Positions 63,294 through 64,000 of a DNA stretch of 64,000 nucleotides are shown here, piece by piece. Position 1 is the first letter of the stretch; every line of letters starts with the position of its first letter. The notes under the pieces are model-generated. The model made no database searches. It saw nothing but the letters and a program-made list of their open reading frames with translations, and was not told the DNA's origin. Position numbers and translations under genes: made by a program. Origin of the DNA: a virus (taxonomy: Duplodnaviria; Heunggongvirae; Uroviricota; Caudoviricetes). The stretch is taken from the IMG/VR virus record IMGVR_UViG_3300028895_001083. One strand, written 5' to 3'.

Positions 63294-64000
63294 ATGTCAG
63301 AACGATGGTTTCAAGAGTTCGCCGACCGTTACGGCTTTCCCGCAAATTACACCTGCGTGGACTGCGAGACGAACGGCGTGGACGTAGAACGCAGTCTCAT
63401 CTGCTCTATCGGGCACACGATCGTACGTGATGGCGTGCCTATTGAAACCCGGGAGGTCTACCTGAACTGGCCGGACTTCCCTGACATTGACCACGAAGAC
63501 TTCCAGCGAAAGCTGTACCAGACTCAGCAGGCGATGCAGTCGCGCGGCAAGGGCTTCCACCACACGTGGGAGCGGCTGCGCAACGAGGGTGAAGACCCCA
63601 TCGCCACCCTCGAACAATATCTCACGATGTTCGAGGACATGGAGGAGCGTCGAGAGGTCGTCGTTGCCCACAACGGGTGGCGGTTCGACATCGAGCTCTT
63701 CCAAGCGCACTTCCACAACTTCCTGCGCATCCCGTTCGTCTTCGAGCCTGAGCTCGTCTACGACTCCGGGATCGTCGAGAAGGCCAGTCAGCTTGACGAC
63801 TACGACGACCCGCTGCCTCTGCCTGGCGAGACCATGCAGCAGTGGGCGTGGCGCATCGGCGAACTCCGTCGGCGCGGCGTCATGTGGTCCCTCGAGGGCC
63901 ACTGCGATGACAAGTACCGCATCTTTGAGAAGGCGGGCGTCGGCAAGGAAGAGGCACACGCCGCGGGCGTGGACAGCCTCGTCCTGCACTATTTGGTTGA
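63294..64000 (+). CDS. DnaQ-like 3'-5' exonuclease (DEDDh), partial at window end
   Basis: Exo I CVDCETNG (DxE), Exo II VVAHNGWRFDIELF, Exo III HAAGVDSLVLHY (H...D). The ORF runs off the window and is absent from the ORF track. Confidence 0.7.
   Translation, partial: MSERWFQEFADRYGFPANYTCVDCETNGVDVERSLICSIGHTIVRDGVPIETREVYLNWPDFPDIDHEDFQRKLYQTQQAMQSRGKGFHHTWERLRNEGEDPIATLEQYLTMFEDMEERREVVVAHNGWRFDIELFQAHFHNFLRIPFVFEPELVYDSGIVEKASQLDDYDDPLPLPGETMQQWAWRIGELRRRGVMWSLEGHCDDKYRIFEKAGVGKEEAHAAGVDSLVLHYLV

Noticed and set aside
63297-63989. 230-aa minus-strand ORF at the window end
   Set aside because: Antisense to a clear DEDDh exonuclease reading frame on the plus strand.
1-64000. CRISPR arrays, rRNA genes, integrase/attachment sites, transposases
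   Set aside because: No regularly spaced direct repeats, no rRNA-like conserved stretches, no tyrosine- or serine-recombinase or transposase motifs were seen in any frame.

Overview
GC-rich (~60%) 64 kb segment that reads as a large dsDNA phage or prophage genome; almost all genes are on the + strand. It opens with a tRNA island: three confident tRNAs (Met-CAT, Glu-TTC, Gln-TTG) and one degenerate tRNA-like element, with an HNH endonuclease and short ORFs between them. Next come many small hypothetical genes, a radical-SAM enzyme, a minus-strand GpA-type terminase large subunit, an RNase H-like gene, a GHKL ATPase with a C-terminal HExxH motif, and an NAD-dependent DNA ligase. A minus-strand nucleotide-metabolism block follows (SPFH protein, P-loop dNMP kinase-like, 5'-deoxyribonucleotidase, calcineurin-like phosphoesterase). 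Then: a phage sigma factor with nucleoside diphosphate kinase, an HldE-like sugar kinase/nucleotidyltransferase, a CsrA homolog on the minus strand, and an SbcD/SbcC pair. The replication block is an SF2 helicase, a DnaB-like helicase, a DnaG-like primase and a family-A DNA polymerase with an N-terminal UDG-like domain. Later genes include a GT2 glycosyltransferase, an HhH-GPD glycosylase-like protein and a DnaQ-like exonuclease that runs off the window end. No integrase, CRISPR array or rRNA was found. The most striking non-genic signal is a perfectly conserved AT-rich palindrome, TTATTC-N4-GAATAA, at four sites plus two near-copies, mostly abutting start codons. Other notable elements are a heavily structured 250 bp intergenic hub (30.0-30.25 kb), paired GTGCCGGCAC palindromes, two sigma70-like promoters, and a consistent +1-phase bias in long same-strand gene overlaps. 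All functions are inferred from motifs read directly in the translations; no database search was possible.
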